Source of the DNA: a virus
Taxonomy: Duplodnaviria; Caudoviricetes
DNA: 64,000 nucleotides
Reading direction: 5' to 3' (one strand)
Virus record (IMG/VR): IMGVR_UViG_3300027819_000006
A program made the translations under genes and the position numbers. This document shows, one piece after another, positions 20,434-31,011 of this stretch. Positions within the stretch are counted from its first letter, which is position 1; every line of letters begins with the position of its first letter. Below the pieces are notes generated by a model. The model was not told the DNA's origin. It was given only the letters and a program-made list of their open reading frames with translations, and made no database searches.

Positions 20434-21479
20434 TTCAATCCTCTTTTCAATAAGATACTATCAACACATTCATCAATTATTTCTATTACAGTTTTCTCTT
20501 GTTTTCCAAAAAAACTATGCAATAATGATGTATCACCAAGTCTTCTTTTTACCAAATTTGGATCATGTTCTTCATATATAATTTTGCTTCTAGTGCAGTC
20601 AATTCCTTTGCTTGTAAGCAACTGCTCTATTATTTCTGTTAATTGTAATACAGATGTTTCTTTACCAGAACAAGCATTTATAAAGCCCTCAAAATAGTCT
20701 GGATTCTTCTTACAAATACCTGATTGTGCAGCTAAAATGTTATATCTAGCTACATCTTCAGCATGTATAATATCTAGTGTCTGCTGTCCATTTCCATAGA
20801 TAGTTATATCTTTTCCATCAATGAATGCATTTATAAATTTAGGTACAATCTGCACATAGATATTTTTATCTGACTGTCTTGGACTAGTTATATTAAAAGG
20901 TCTAAAAGATATAAACTTTAGTCCATCATTATCTGAATATGATTTTGCTATATGCTCTACAGATATTTTATTAGCTCCATATAGCAATGAATTATTTCTG
21001 AAATGATGTCTTTCATCTGTAGGAAAATAATCTGAATTTCCATACACAGAAGCAGATGAAGCAAATATTACTTTCTCTACTCCATATCTCAAAGACAACT
21101 CAAACATGTTGACAGAACCCATTACGCCACATTCTATTGCTTCGTATCTTGCTGATCTACTATCAAGAGTTAAAAGCGACGCTTGATGAAATACATAATT
21201 TGGTCTGAAAACATCAAATATGAAATCCATCTTTCTATAATTCGTTATATCATCTCTATAAAAATGTATTCTATTATCATTTTCAGAAGCATATTCATAG
21301 GCCCTGTCTAGATTAGACAGATTGCCATTATACATATTATCAATTACGACAATATTAGAACCTTTGTAGTATTTAGCTAATAACTCTACTATATAACTTC
21401 CAACATTTCCCGCGCCGCCAGAGATTACAGATGTAGTGCAATCTTTCTGCTCTATCTGTTTGATGTTACTATTCATCAA
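20430..21479 (-). CDS. NAD-dependent nucleotide-sugar epimerase/dehydratase
   Basis: ISGGAGNVGS, FASSASVYG, YGANK, GNGQQTLD.IH.EDVA. Confidence 0.9.
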   Translation of the reverse strand: MMNSNIKQIEQKDCTTSVISGGAGNVGSYIVELLAKYYKGSNIVVIDNMYNGNLSNLDRAYEYASENDNRIHFYRDDITNYRKMDFIFDVFRPNYVFHQASLLTLDSRSARYEAIECGVMGSVNMFELSLRYGVEKVIFASSASVYGNSDYFPTDERHHFRNNSLLYGANKISVEHIAKSYSDNDGLKFISFRPFNITSPRQSDKNIYVQIVPKFINAFIDGKDITIYGNGQQTLDIIHAEDVARYNILAAQSGICKKNPDYFEGFINACSGKETSVLQLTEIIEQLLTSKGIDCTRSKIIYEEHDPNLVKRRLGDTSLLHSFFGKQEKTVIEIIDECVDSILLKRGLK

Positions 21480-21764
21480 CCTCCACTATCGTCGTCTTCA
21501 TCATCTGATTCTTCATCTTCAGAATCAAGATCTGAATCTTTGTCTTTATAGCCATGATAAACATGTTCAGCATCTTCAAATCCCCATTCTAACATTGTCA
21601 ACATGTTCTCTAATTCTTCTTTTACTATTTTAAGTTTACTTCTGTAATACTTGACCGAGCCTTCAGATCTTCTCAAATCTATCATGTCTAAAATGTCTGA
21701 TGATTCTTCTGACAATACATTTAGAGCATCTTCTAATCTATTGCTGATTCTCACTGAGGCCATT

Positions 21765-22111
21765 TTAATTTCTCCTGTTTTGTTTGCATTGACAGCCTTG
21801 TAGCATTAATGTATTCATGTCGCATAAACATTTTCTGCTATAATCAGATTCAAAATGAAAAAATGTATCAGTTGGTTTTTTCATGGGTTGAGTAACTGCA
21901 AATTCTTCTATTATATAGCTAGACTATGTTTTTATCAGCTCTTTCTAAGTATTCATTAAATATTTCTATTGGAGCATCTTCTATGGATGGAAAAGTAACA
22001 GACATCTCTATATCGTTGTTTACATAGAGCATTCTGTTCCAATCTCTTTTAAAATTTCTGTTGCTTAATTCTTTACAGCGCTAATATTTCAATTTCAGAT
22101 TGCTCAGTCAT
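21765..22111 (-). pseudogene. Frameshifted ORFan ending in the CxC-x9-CxC motif (not in ORF track)
   Basis: Manual translation: terminal frame reads ...SRKCLCDMNTLMLQGCQCKQNRRN* (motif 21786-21830); the upstream part is in other frames from ATG at 22111. Confidence 0.6.
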
Positions 22112-22499
22112 TTTTCAGCTCTTTCATTCTATCTGAATAGCACCCACATCCATATCTAGTTAAATTATCTACACTACAAATACATTCTGTAAATTCAAAG
22201 AAATCATCTAATATAATTGATTCAAGTGTTACAGTTATTTCTGGTATTTCATTAGGTTCTGTTTTGCTTGTTTCATATTTAAGATAGAAATATAGAGGTT
22301 TGAAATTAACTTCTTGGCATTTATCTCTTAAAGTTGTTATCTGTCCAACAAAATTTTTCGGTGCTGGCATTTCATATGTACCATTATTTTGTTTGAACTG
22401 TAATTCTTCTTTTGATATTTCTTTTCTGAGAAATTGACTCAGTAATGTATCTGATTGATCTTTATAAGATTTAATTGCTCTTGCTTTTGATACTGTCAT
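22104..22499 (-). CDS. Hypothetical protein with near-terminal CxC-x9-CxC motif
   Basis: CICSVDNLTRYGCGC at 22140-22184. Confidence 0.55.
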   Translation of the reverse strand: MTVSKARAIKSYKDQSDTLLSQFLRKEISKEELQFKQNNGTYEMPAPKNFVGQITTLRDKCQEVNFKPLYFYLKYETSKTEPNEIPEITVTLESIILDDFFEFTECICSVDNLTRYGCGCYSDRMKELKND

Positions 22500-23410
22500 A
22501 ATAGCTCCTTGCTTTTATATAGTTTTTCTAGTTCTTTTAAATGATTGAACTTCAGCTCATTATTTATCAATTTTTCTGACATTTCAGAATATATTTTATG
22601 CCAATCTTTCAGATATGCTGAACTAACTGTTAAGTTAATTTCAACATCTTTATCTTGTTTTGCCATTTTAGTAAGTTTTTTCAGATCAAGTTCAGAATTA
22701 GAATTCAAATAAAACAACATTGGTCTGATATTATTTCCTAAAAATCTAGATAAGAATGCTCCTTCTAATTGTTTTTCGGGAGTAGCTTTACCTATAGGGT
22801 ATTTATTCTCAGGATTATATGTCTTGCCTTTCTCTAAAGGTTTTATAGCATTAAATTCTTCTAATGTTATTTCACGCAAATCAAACTTGAATTTCTCTTT
22901 TCCTTGTTGTAACCTATTTAAGAAATTATAAGCATATTTATTGAAATCGTCTAAAACAGCTGAATAAGGTTTTTGTTTAGTATTAAATCCTAAAAGTTCT
23001 TTTTCATTATACTTTTCGTCATATTCAGAATATCTAAATTCTTTAATCTGATAACCATCCATTCTATCTCTGATCATTTCTTCTATTTGCTGTCTTGAAT
23101 CTGTAAAAACAATTGTATCTCCATTTTTATATTTGTTTTTATGTATTTCTTCATTTTGAGAGCTTCTTTTACTGTCATAACTATAGTCTATCTCCTATGA
23201 ATTCTTTCTTCTGTTTTTTAGCATATTTTTCCATTACTTGTTCATCACTCATTTCATCAAATCCAAGTTCACACCATCCAAGGTACCAAAATTTCTTGCT
23301 ATGCCATTTATTTTTAGTATGATAAGGATTGATGCTTACTGATAAGCCAATATTTTTTATTGATTTACCTTTTAGATAAGCTGAAATCTTCTTGTTTTCT
23401 CTCTTTTTGT

Positions 23411-23908
23411 TCATAGTTCATTCCTTCTGTATGATCCACAAGTACATCCCTGCAATATCAATGTATCAATGTTGCATGTGCACTTTTTAATTATTGATTG
23501 CATGTTTTCTGCAGTTATTGGTCCTAATTTGTATTCTGCTACTATGCTTTTTGCTACATTGCAACAAATAGATTCATGAAGATTTTCTAAATCATATAGT
23601 CTATTTTTTAGAATGTAATCATAATGTTCATTAATTTTCATAGTTGTAATATCATTATTGAACAATTTATCTGATTTTGTTAAAGAAGCTTCATCTACTG
23701 TTTCTTTAAATAGAATTATATTATCAATATTTTCATGAATATCTACTTTTACTCTATCAAGAGCAACTTTTTGGGTCCTGTAAGTGAAACATAATTCTAA
23801 ATAAAATTTAATATCTTCTATACAAGCATAGCATAAATCATATTCTTTATAATTTTCATCAATTTCAAAATATTTAGAATGATCTACTGTTTTATTAGCA
23901 CATCTCAT
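23411..23908 (-). CDS. Hypothetical protein with C-terminal CxC-x9-CxC motif
   Basis: Ends CTCNIDTLILQGCTCGSYRRNEL. Confidence 0.6.
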   Translation of the reverse strand: MRCANKTVDHSKYFEIDENYKEYDLCYACIEDIKFYLELCFTYRTQKVALDRVKVDIHENIDNIILFKETVDEASLTKSDKLFNNDITTMKINEHYDYILKNRLYDLENLHESICCNVAKSIVAEYKLGPITAENMQSIIKKCTCNIDTLILQGCTCGSYRRNEL

Positions 23909-24819
23909 TTAATTTTCTCAATTTCTTGTAAGAATCTCTTAACTGCATCTTTCCAATCTGGCATCTGTTTTAGCTCTTTGCATTTTCTCAATCTATAGCA
24001 ATCTAAAGCTGAAAAATTTGGTCTCTTGACATTGGAGTAAAACTCTGAAGCTTTTACTGCTTCTAATAAATTAACATCCCAACCCATCAATTCGTAAATA
24101 TATTTGGCAAACTTATACCAGCTCAGAACTCCTCTGTTAACTATATTCCATGTCCCATATTCTTGTACATCATGAATTAGCATATCTACTAAAACTTCAC
24201 TAATGTCTTTAGTATATGCTATGGAGATAATCTGGTATGACACTACTTTTGTTACATCTTTTCCATTATATTTGTTCATGATCATATATGGAAAATTGCT
24301 CCAATTTTTAGCTGAACTACCTTTCTTGCCAAATAGAGATGATACTCTTATATTAAAATATTTATTGCATATAGCTTTCAGAGTCATTTCTCCAGCAGCT
24401 TTTGTTACTCCATAGAAATTCAGAGGATCTACTTTTGCAAATTCTGTGAATCCTTCAGATGTTAGAGCTTGAGATGAATCCGAGCCAAGCACATAGTCAG
24501 TACTAAAATTAATGAGCAGACTATCGTATTTATTTGCCAACTGAGCCATATTTTTTACAGCAACTATATTGACCTCGCAAGCTAAAGATGGATTATTTTC
24601 AATTTGTTCAACATTATGACATGATGCTCCGTTAATTACGATGTCAGGACGTAAATCTTCAAAATAGTGCTCTATAAGTTTAGGATCAGTAACATCTAAT
24701 TCTTCTCTATTTCTAGCTATAGTTAAAAATTTATCTCCATGCAGTTTTAGATTACTATAGAGATCAGAGCATAATTGCCCATCGCTGCCAGAAATTAAGA
24801 CTCTCTTTACTAAACTCAT
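23905..24819 (-). CDS. rmlD: dTDP-4-dehydrorhamnose reductase-like SDR
   Basis: LISGSDGQL, FSTDYV, P.NFYGVTK.AGE, RP.FSALD, W...V..F. Confidence 0.85.
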   Translation of the reverse strand: MSLVKRVLISGSDGQLCSDLYSNLKLHGDKFLTIARNREELDVTDPKLIEHYFEDLRPDIVINGASCHNVEQIENNPSLACEVNIVAVKNMAQLANKYDSLLINFSTDYVLGSDSSQALTSEGFTEFAKVDPLNFYGVTKAAGEMTLKAICNKYFNIRVSSLFGKKGSSAKNWSNFPYMIMNKYNGKDVTKVVSYQIISIAYTKDISEVLVDMLIHDVQEYGTWNIVNRGVLSWYKFAKYIYELMGWDVNLLEAVKASEFYSNVKRPNFSALDCYRLRKCKELKQMPDWKDAVKRFLQEIEKIK

Positions 24820-25400
24820 TACTTAGTTTCCCTCTTCCAATCCCAACCCATTATATCGACAGAAGCTCTATATTCATCAGATCCGTTATATTTGTTATTT
24901 ATAAAGTAGAGTAAAATAGCTTCTTCATTTGTAAAATTAAAAGAGCCATGTTGTAATCCTCTTCTCACTATTACAGGGCCGTTATTAGTGTTCCTATCAG
25001 ACAAATAAAACCATTTACATACTGGTCCATTTATAAAATCAGAATATAAATCTTTATTCTGTTTAAAATAATCTGAATTCATAAAATCAAACCACTGATT
25101 AACTAATTTTAGTCGTTGAATTTTTGAATAATCAGATGTTTTTTTAATGAAATCATCAAGAGTTTTATTATCATATCTCTCTCTATATAAATCATAAACT
25201 GCTTGACTATAATTTGGAACATTACAAATTCCAATTTTTAGAGAACCTTTGAGCACAATTTGATAATCATCTTGAGCATAATGCATGTGGAAAGCTGCTA
25301 GTGTACCTGGATAAACTATACTGCAATTTATGTCTCCCTCTTTCATAGAAGAAAATATGTCACAGTATCTCTGAGCTCTATCATCTCCACCTGCTCGCAT
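24819..25400 (-). CDS. RmlC-like cupin (dTDP-4-dehydrorhamnose 3,5-epimerase-like) with an internal insertion
   Basis: S..YPG...AFHMH..QDD..VLKG.LKI and V.V.RGL.HG..N; adjacent to rmlD. Confidence 0.65.
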   Translation of the reverse strand: MRAGGDDRAQRYCDIFSSMKEGDINCSIVYPGTLAAFHMHYAQDDYQIVLKGSLKIGICNVPNYSQAVYDLYRERYDNKTLDDFIKKTSDYSKIQRLKLVNQWFDFMNSDYFKQNKDLYSDFINGPVCKWFYLSDRNTNNGPVIVRRGLQHGSFNFTNEEAILLYFINNKYNGSDEYRASVDIMGWDWKRETK

Positions 25401-25639
25401 TAGATCAATTCCTTTCTACAAATACACCCTTTTAATGTCAAAGTATCTATATCACAGACACATTCTATATTATTAGTAGCAATTTTATTAGCAAATCTTT
25501 CAAATTTAAAGTTATTCCTCATCACACTTCTCATGCCATTTTCTATATACCACTCAGAATAATTTTTTACTGATCTTATTTCATAGCCACTATTTTTAAG
25601 ATATCTCTGAATATCTTCTGGTAATTTACTTTCATTCAT
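25400..25639 (-). CDS. Small protein with C-terminal CxC-x9-CxC motif
   Basis: Ends CVCDIDTLTLKGCICRKELI. Confidence 0.6.
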   Translation of the reverse strand: MNESKLPEDIQRYLKNSGYEIRSVKNYSEWYIENGMRSVMRNNFKFERFANKIATNNIECVCDIDTLTLKGCICRKELI

Positions 25640-25654
25640 AACGCACCTCTTAAT

Positions 25655-26119
25655 TTAATATAGCATCGAAACTTTTAAAGCATTATCGAGCACTTCGTCA
25701 AGCTTGTCAATCGTCAAATTACGCTTCTTATTATAAACTGCTACTTCATCAGCTGCTTCTAATCTTTCTTTATCAGATAATTCTTTATTTCTTCTAGCAT
25801 CCTCAAGCGACCACAGCTTCTTCGTGTAAGTATTCAAATCTGCTATCAAATCTAGAAAATAATCATCTTGTTCTGCATGTACTGTTTTATCGTAATTCTT
25901 ATATTTTTTATACGTAGCTGGTCTATCCCAATTAATTATACTGACAAGTATAGATGATAATTCTTTTATTAACCAGCCTCTCTGTTCTAGAAGTCTGTCT
26001 ATTACTTCTAATTCTTCTTCAGATCTTGCTGTTTCTCTGTTTACTTTAATTCTTTGCTCTAATATGCAAAGCTGATCAATTATTCCACCTAAAGTTTGAA
26101 TTTTATAACACTCCATCAA
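25655..26119 (-). CDS. Helical protein, DUF4254-like (often found near glycosyltransferases)
   Basis: GIIDQLCIL..RI and L...LW.LED..R...N.KRN..ID pattern; recognition is from memory only. Confidence 0.35.
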   Translation of the reverse strand: MMECYKIQTLGGIIDQLCILEQRIKVNRETARSEEELEVIDRLLEQRGWLIKELSSILVSIINWDRPATYKKYKNYDKTVHAEQDDYFLDLIADLNTYTKKLWSLEDARRNKELSDKERLEAADEVAVYNKKRNLTIDKLDEVLDNALKVSMLY

Positions 26120-26757
26120 CTAATTCATCTATTTCATGCAACATGCCGTGATTGACATGTTTAATTCTGAGTAATACAGTAGATAGTTCTAAAATTTTAT
26201 TATCTTGATCTTTCAATTCTGCTAACAGTTTTATCTCTCTTGAAGTCAGAGAATTCTGATACATGAATATCTTTACATCATGAAAGAAATCATTTAGAAT
26301 TTTTCTTTGTTTCCATCTTTTCAAAATTTTCTCTTTTTATTACAATTTTCTATTTCTTTTAGCATTTTGTTAAATTGAATCTTGTTTATATGAATGTAGC
26401 TGCTAGCAGATAGTGAATCTATGAATAGTTCATAGTAGTTATTATCTTTTTCTGAGTCTAAAATTGTATGAGAATGAAAAATCATATTAGTATAACAACC
26501 AATCTAGCATCAAAAAATGTAATATTCTATATGTAACAGATATTCTGTGACTAAATTTTATGTTGTATGTTTTGTCATCTATTTGCTGCATAGAAAATTT
26601 CAGCTTTTTATCAACTAGAAAATTATAATTGCCAAATGTTTCATGCTTGTCATGCATGATAGCATATTTTATTTTCTCTTTCAATCTATAATACACTATT
26701 TCTGATATATCTATATTATAGATTTTATTTTCATAGTTTATATGAATCATCTATCTA

Positions 26758-27084
26758 TTATACAAAAGTCATTTCAAATTCTTTTTTGCATATACAACCC
26801 TGCAATATCAGAGTTTGCATGTCGCATGTACATATGTCATTAATTGTACTTATTCCATTATTTTTATCTTTGCAATTGTGCAAACATTCAAAGATATATT
26901 TTATGTTATCTTCTGTATATTTGTGAGTGTCAGGAAAATGTATAGCATCTCTATAACAAAATTCACATGTCAATCTCAGCTTTTCTTTATAGTTGTCCCA
27001 AGTGTCTAATTTTGAATTATATGTGAAACCCAAATGTTTTAAAAATTTTTGTATAGTAGCTATATCTTTATTCATTTCCAGCAT
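26758..27084 (-). CDS. Hypothetical protein with C-terminal CxC-x9-CxC motif
   Basis: Ends CTCDMQTLILQGCICKKEFEMTFV. Confidence 0.6.
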   Translation of the reverse strand: MLEMNKDIATIQKFLKHLGFTYNSKLDTWDNYKEKLRLTCEFCYRDAIHFPDTHKYTEDNIKYIFECLHNCKDKNNGISTINDICTCDMQTLILQGCICKKEFEMTFV

Positions 27085-27109
27085 CTCAATTAAATTTTAA
27101 TACAATAGA

Positions 27110-27973
27110 TTAGCAAATTATACGCCAAACTATATCTATTTCGTCTTCCCAGATGCGAATTAGTCTATAACCATTATCTTCAGCTATTCTATTTTTTCTA
27201 TTATCATTATCAATCTTTCCCTTTTGCCATTCATTTACAGGTCCATTAACATATATTCTAGGATTACAGTGATAATAGTTACCATCAACTTCTATTAACA
27301 TGTTATATTCTGGAATATAAAAATCAAAATAAGATTTATTTAAATAAAACTGACTCTTATACTCTATATTTAAACTATCTAAAATCTTAGCTATTTTTAT
27401 TTCAGGTTTACTTATTCTATATTTAAGACATTTTTCATTTCTATTTTTATTTCTTGCAATCCACATTTCTTCTGCTTTTTCAAGACCATGTTTTTCTATC
27501 CATATATCTTTAAGTGATTTACCATACATGGGATTTTTGCTTCCAGAAACATCTGCATGATTTTCTGACATACTAACAGTTGATTTTTTTATTCTTTCAT
27601 CAGTTTCTTTAGTTAAGCCTTTATTCCATGTTATTATAGATCCTTGTTCAAGCCTTTCTATTCGTGTTTCAGATATTTTATTACATGATTCGATAGAATG
27701 TTTTCTACCATACATGGGATTATTTTCACCCTTTGCTAAACCTTTTTCTATTCTAGTTTTAGATATTTTAGCTTTAGTTTCTTCAGATGCTTTTCTCCCT
27801 TTCAACTTTCCTGAATTTTTACATTTATGACATTTTCTATTCAGCCCAGTAACTTCGTTCAAGCAATTTGTCGCAGCACATTTATATTTGATATATTCTA
27901 TGCATTCTTGACATATTCCAGATTTATTTCTATTGCCTAATTCATTAATACCACAAATATAGCATAATAGCAT
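27110..27973 (-). CDS. Free-standing endonuclease: Cys-rich + NUMOD3-like repeats + Vsr/DUF559-like domain
   Basis: SEETKAKIS...GENNPMYG repeats; SKPE...FDF...LIEVDGNYYH...D..KN..A...GY.LIRIWE. Confidence 0.8.
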   Translation of the reverse strand: MLLCYICGINELGNRNKSGICQECIEYIKYKCAATNCLNEVTGLNRKCHKCKNSGKLKGRKASEETKAKISKTRIEKGLAKGENNPMYGRKHSIESCNKISETRIERLEQGSIITWNKGLTKETDERIKKSTVSMSENHADVSGSKNPMYGKSLKDIWIEKHGLEKAEEMWIARNKNRNEKCLKYRISKPEIKIAKILDSLNIEYKSQFYLNKSYFDFYIPEYNMLIEVDGNYYHCNPRIYVNGPVNEWQKGKIDNDNRKNRIAEDNGYRLIRIWEDEIDIVWRIIC

Positions 27974-27979
27974 TATACA

Positions 27980-28092
27980 TTCTCAAATAAAAAGACTTAC
28001 AGTGTGGATAAGAAATAATAGCAAAGCTATTTTCACTGTAAGTCTTTGTAAACTACTATTATTTCTTATCCAATAATAAATATATTTGAGAA
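27980..28092 (-). promoter_or_regulatory. Structured leader upstream of endonuclease 27110..27973
   Basis: Perfect inverted pairs 27991-28004/28034-28047 (14 bp), 28005-28021/28056-28072 (17 bp), 27980-27989/28083-28092 (10 bp, covers the RBS region); 17-mer ataataaatatatttga at 28073-28089. Confidence 0.8.
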
Positions 28093-28105
28093 AATGCAAA
28101 ATGCA

Positions 28106-30484
28106 TTATTTTAGTTTACATTTTATAAAAAATCCCTTATCGATATCTTGTAAATATTCATATTCTAAATTTACTAAATTTAACAAATATTCTATAGCTT
28201 TAGGAGTTGGTAGCCATACGTGCTCTCCCTTACCTATGGTTTGCCATCTCTGCATATGTTCTTGTGCTTCTATGCATCTAAAATTTGGACATCCTATAAA
28301 TAATAGTGAATTTTCATGCATCAAATTTTTACAATTATTTAAGAATTCTAAAGGATTTGTATGCTCTATTACTTGATCAGAAAATAGAATATCAAATTTT
28401 TTATCAGTAAATAGTTCAAAACTACCATATAGAAGCTTGTTTTTTAATTCTGGGAATAATTCTAATCCTTTATCTATGCTGGGCTTATTTATATCTACTC
28501 CTACAGCATCATAGCCTTCTTCTATAGCAGCTTTTACAACCAGTCCGCAGTTAGCTCCAATATCTATAAAAGAACCTGAATTTTTGTACTGCTTAGCTTT
28601 CAAAACATTGGGTTTAGAATGATTATTAAAAACTTCTTGCCATCTAAAACTATATTCATCAGATATATTCTTCTCTTGATCTATATGTATATTGTAATCA
28701 TTTTTCTGTATGAAATCTAATTCCTCATTTACATAGTATTGACTTCCTGGAATATTAAAATAGAATTTAGATTTTTTGCTATTATCTATCATTAGCTTAG
28801 GTTTTTCTAAGAATTTATCAATAGCTGCTATAACATGCTCTGGTTCGATGCTAGACATGCATATAAATTGACTAGTGTTTACGCATTTTGGAATAAAAGT
28901 TAATCCACCATTGTCTAACAAGTTAAAAAATTGTGAATGTTTGCATGAAATGCATTCTAGAGCATTATTCTGTATATAGTATATATATTCTCTGTTAGCA
29001 TTGCTTAAATAAGTAGAAGCTGCTCCATTGATAGCGATAGAGGGAATATTAAATGATCTTGCTATATGAATTGGACCATTATCTCCACCTAAGAAAAATT
29101 CGCTATGTTTAATTAGAGATAATAGTGTTTTTAAATCGACTTTATGATACTTGCTGTCTGTCAATTCAGAAAAATCAGATAGACCAGGCTCTATTACTTT
29201 ATGACCTTTTTTTTGTAAATATTCTATTATAGATTTATATTTAGCTTGTCCTAAAGTTTTTCCTCCCCACCCGCTACCATCTGCTACTACCACAACATAG
29301 GGTTTTAAATGAGAAAAATCTTCATATAGATGATTACTATTATCTAGTTCAGCATATTTATCTTTTGGATTATTAAACGTTATATCTGCTGTTCTAGCAT
29401 AGGAATCAATGAATAATTTATTTTTTGAGCTCTCATATGATAGATCGAGAGAGATTTTTAACTGATGATTAGTATTGTTTAAATGATCTTCTAATATTAA
29501 TTTGTCATCTATTTTTACTATTTCATCGGGCTTATGAGCAAAATATTCTACTATTTCAGGTTTAGCTGTATAGAAAGTAATTTTGCATCCTTCATATTTT
29601 TGTCTTAATTTCTTTACTATCGGCTCACATAGCAATATATCTCCAATACCAACTACACGAGAAATTCCAATGTCAACTATTCCAGATGTCTGTTTTAGTA
29701 TATCTAATATTCTATTATTGTGTTCTGTAAATGCAGCATTTCCCATCAGAGTTGGAAATGTTCTCTTTATTTCTATATCATCATCTTTTTCTATAATTTC
29801 TTCTTTAATGTCTACAGATTTAGGTGCTCCAATTTGCTTAGCTATATCTTCCAAAGACATCTGCTGTTTTCCACCACCAAATTTGACCCATTGAACAACA
29901 GTAATTTCTGCTGGTATGCAACCTCTATATCCTTTTTCTGCCCATTGCTTCAGTACAAGCCCAGGCATGAATAGAGGCTGTCCATCTTTTACTTCTACAC
30001 ATTTATTCCAGTCTACTTCTACATCTTTGAAATGACAGATTTCATCTAAACATATTTCTTCTATTTTTGGAGGATTTGATATTCTGAAACCAATTGTATT
30101 CAGAGGATGATCTGGAATATCTACATTTCTATATTCGCAATGTCCAAGAGCATATTTACAGTGCTTATTATTTGCAAAATCTTCTAAATGTGCAGCTATA
30201 TGTCTTGGAAACCACATTATGTTATTGACAGTCTTGTAAAAAATAATATCAGCAGAAGCTAACTTAAGTGCCTCATTGAATAGAGAGACACTCTCGTCAG
30301 TTTTAATAAATCTTATATTTAGAGATATTTCTTTACACTTCTCTTTAACAGTATCTAAATCTCTTATAGAAGACACAATTAAATCTATATTTTTATGAGT
30401 CTGTTCAAACACATTCTTGATAGAGTTTTGAACATGTATGTCATCTGAATTTTCAGCTATTAATATGACGGTTACTAAATCCAA
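28106..30484 (-). CDS. Three-domain enzyme: GT2-like + GT9-like + class I methyltransferase
   Basis: N-terminal VTVIL...S...FNEAL; middle GIGDILL...LRQKY, FFLGGDNGP.HIA; C-terminal IDIGANCG, GVDI, FDI...VIEH. Confidence 0.7.
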   Translation of the reverse strand: MDLVTVILIAENSDDIHVQNSIKNVFEQTHKNIDLIVSSIRDLDTVKEKCKEISLNIRFIKTDESVSLFNEALKLASADIIFYKTVNNIMWFPRHIAAHLEDFANNKHCKYALGHCEYRNVDIPDHPLNTIGFRISNPPKIEEICLDEICHFKDVEVDWNKCVEVKDGQPLFMPGLVLKQWAEKGYRGCIPAEITVVQWVKFGGGKQQMSLEDIAKQIGAPKSVDIKEEIIEKDDDIEIKRTFPTLMGNAAFTEHNNRILDILKQTSGIVDIGISRVVGIGDILLCEPIVKKLRQKYEGCKITFYTAKPEIVEYFAHKPDEIVKIDDKLILEDHLNNTNHQLKISLDLSYESSKNKLFIDSYARTADITFNNPKDKYAELDNSNHLYEDFSHLKPYVVVVADGSGWGGKTLGQAKYKSIIEYLQKKGHKVIEPGLSDFSELTDSKYHKVDLKTLLSLIKHSEFFLGGDNGPIHIARSFNIPSIAINGAASTYLSNANREYIYYIQNNALECISCKHSQFFNLLDNGGLTFIPKCVNTSQFICMSSIEPEHVIAAIDKFLEKPKLMIDNSKKSKFYFNIPGSQYYVNEELDFIQKNDYNIHIDQEKNISDEYSFRWQEVFNNHSKPNVLKAKQYKNSGSFIDIGANCGLVVKAAIEEGYDAVGVDINKPSIDKGLELFPELKNKLLYGSFELFTDKKFDILFSDQVIEHTNPLEFLNNCKNLMHENSLLFIGCPNFRCIEAQEHMQRWQTIGKGEHVWLPTPKAIEYLLNLVNLEYEYLQDIDKGFFIKCKLK

Positions 30485-30491
30485 GTTTTTA

Positions 30492-31004
30492 TTAACCTAC
30501 CTTTTCTTCATCATACTGATCTTCTAAATCAGATCTCTTATGAATAATTTTTACAAGTCTTGTGTCAATTTTCTTAATTTCAGATACATTCTCAGAATTA
30601 TGTTTAGTCAGAACAATACAATTTCTATAATTAGACCAGTCAACCATGAATTTGTTGTCTAAATTTCCATTGTTCTGTATTTTTACAAGCTCATTAAGAG
30701 CATTCAAAGTATATAGAGTGTTTGTATCTTTCTTTCTGTGTAGAGATACAGTATTTTCTACTATATCAGAAAATTTATTAATCTTGTCCTTGTCAACATT
30801 ATAAGTCAGAACATATTGATGTGGTTTTGTAGTGTCTCTAAGAAGAAATACTTTCTCATTGATGACACTAAAATTATTAAAAATGTCATAAACAGTGTTT
30901 CTAATACTTCCTTTTTTGACGAATGTTGCTAATAACATTAGATTTACATTCTGTCCATTGTAACCCTTATTTTCTGATTCTATAACAACCTCTTGATCTT
31001 CCAT
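30492..31004 (-). CDS. Conserved-looking phage hypothetical protein
   Basis: LLATF...TYNV...SLHRKK.TNTLYT.NALN...DW..Y.N..; long clean ORF; function unknown. Confidence 0.5.
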   Translation of the reverse strand: MEDQEVVIESENKGYNGQNVNLMLLATFVKKGSIRNTVYDIFNNFSVINEKVFLLRDTTKPHQYVLTYNVDKDKINKFSDIVENTVSLHRKKDTNTLYTLNALNELVKIQNNGNLDNKFMVDWSNYRNCIVLTKHNSENVSEIKKIDTRLVKIIHKRSDLEDQYDEEKVG

Positions 31005-31011
31005 GACAAAA

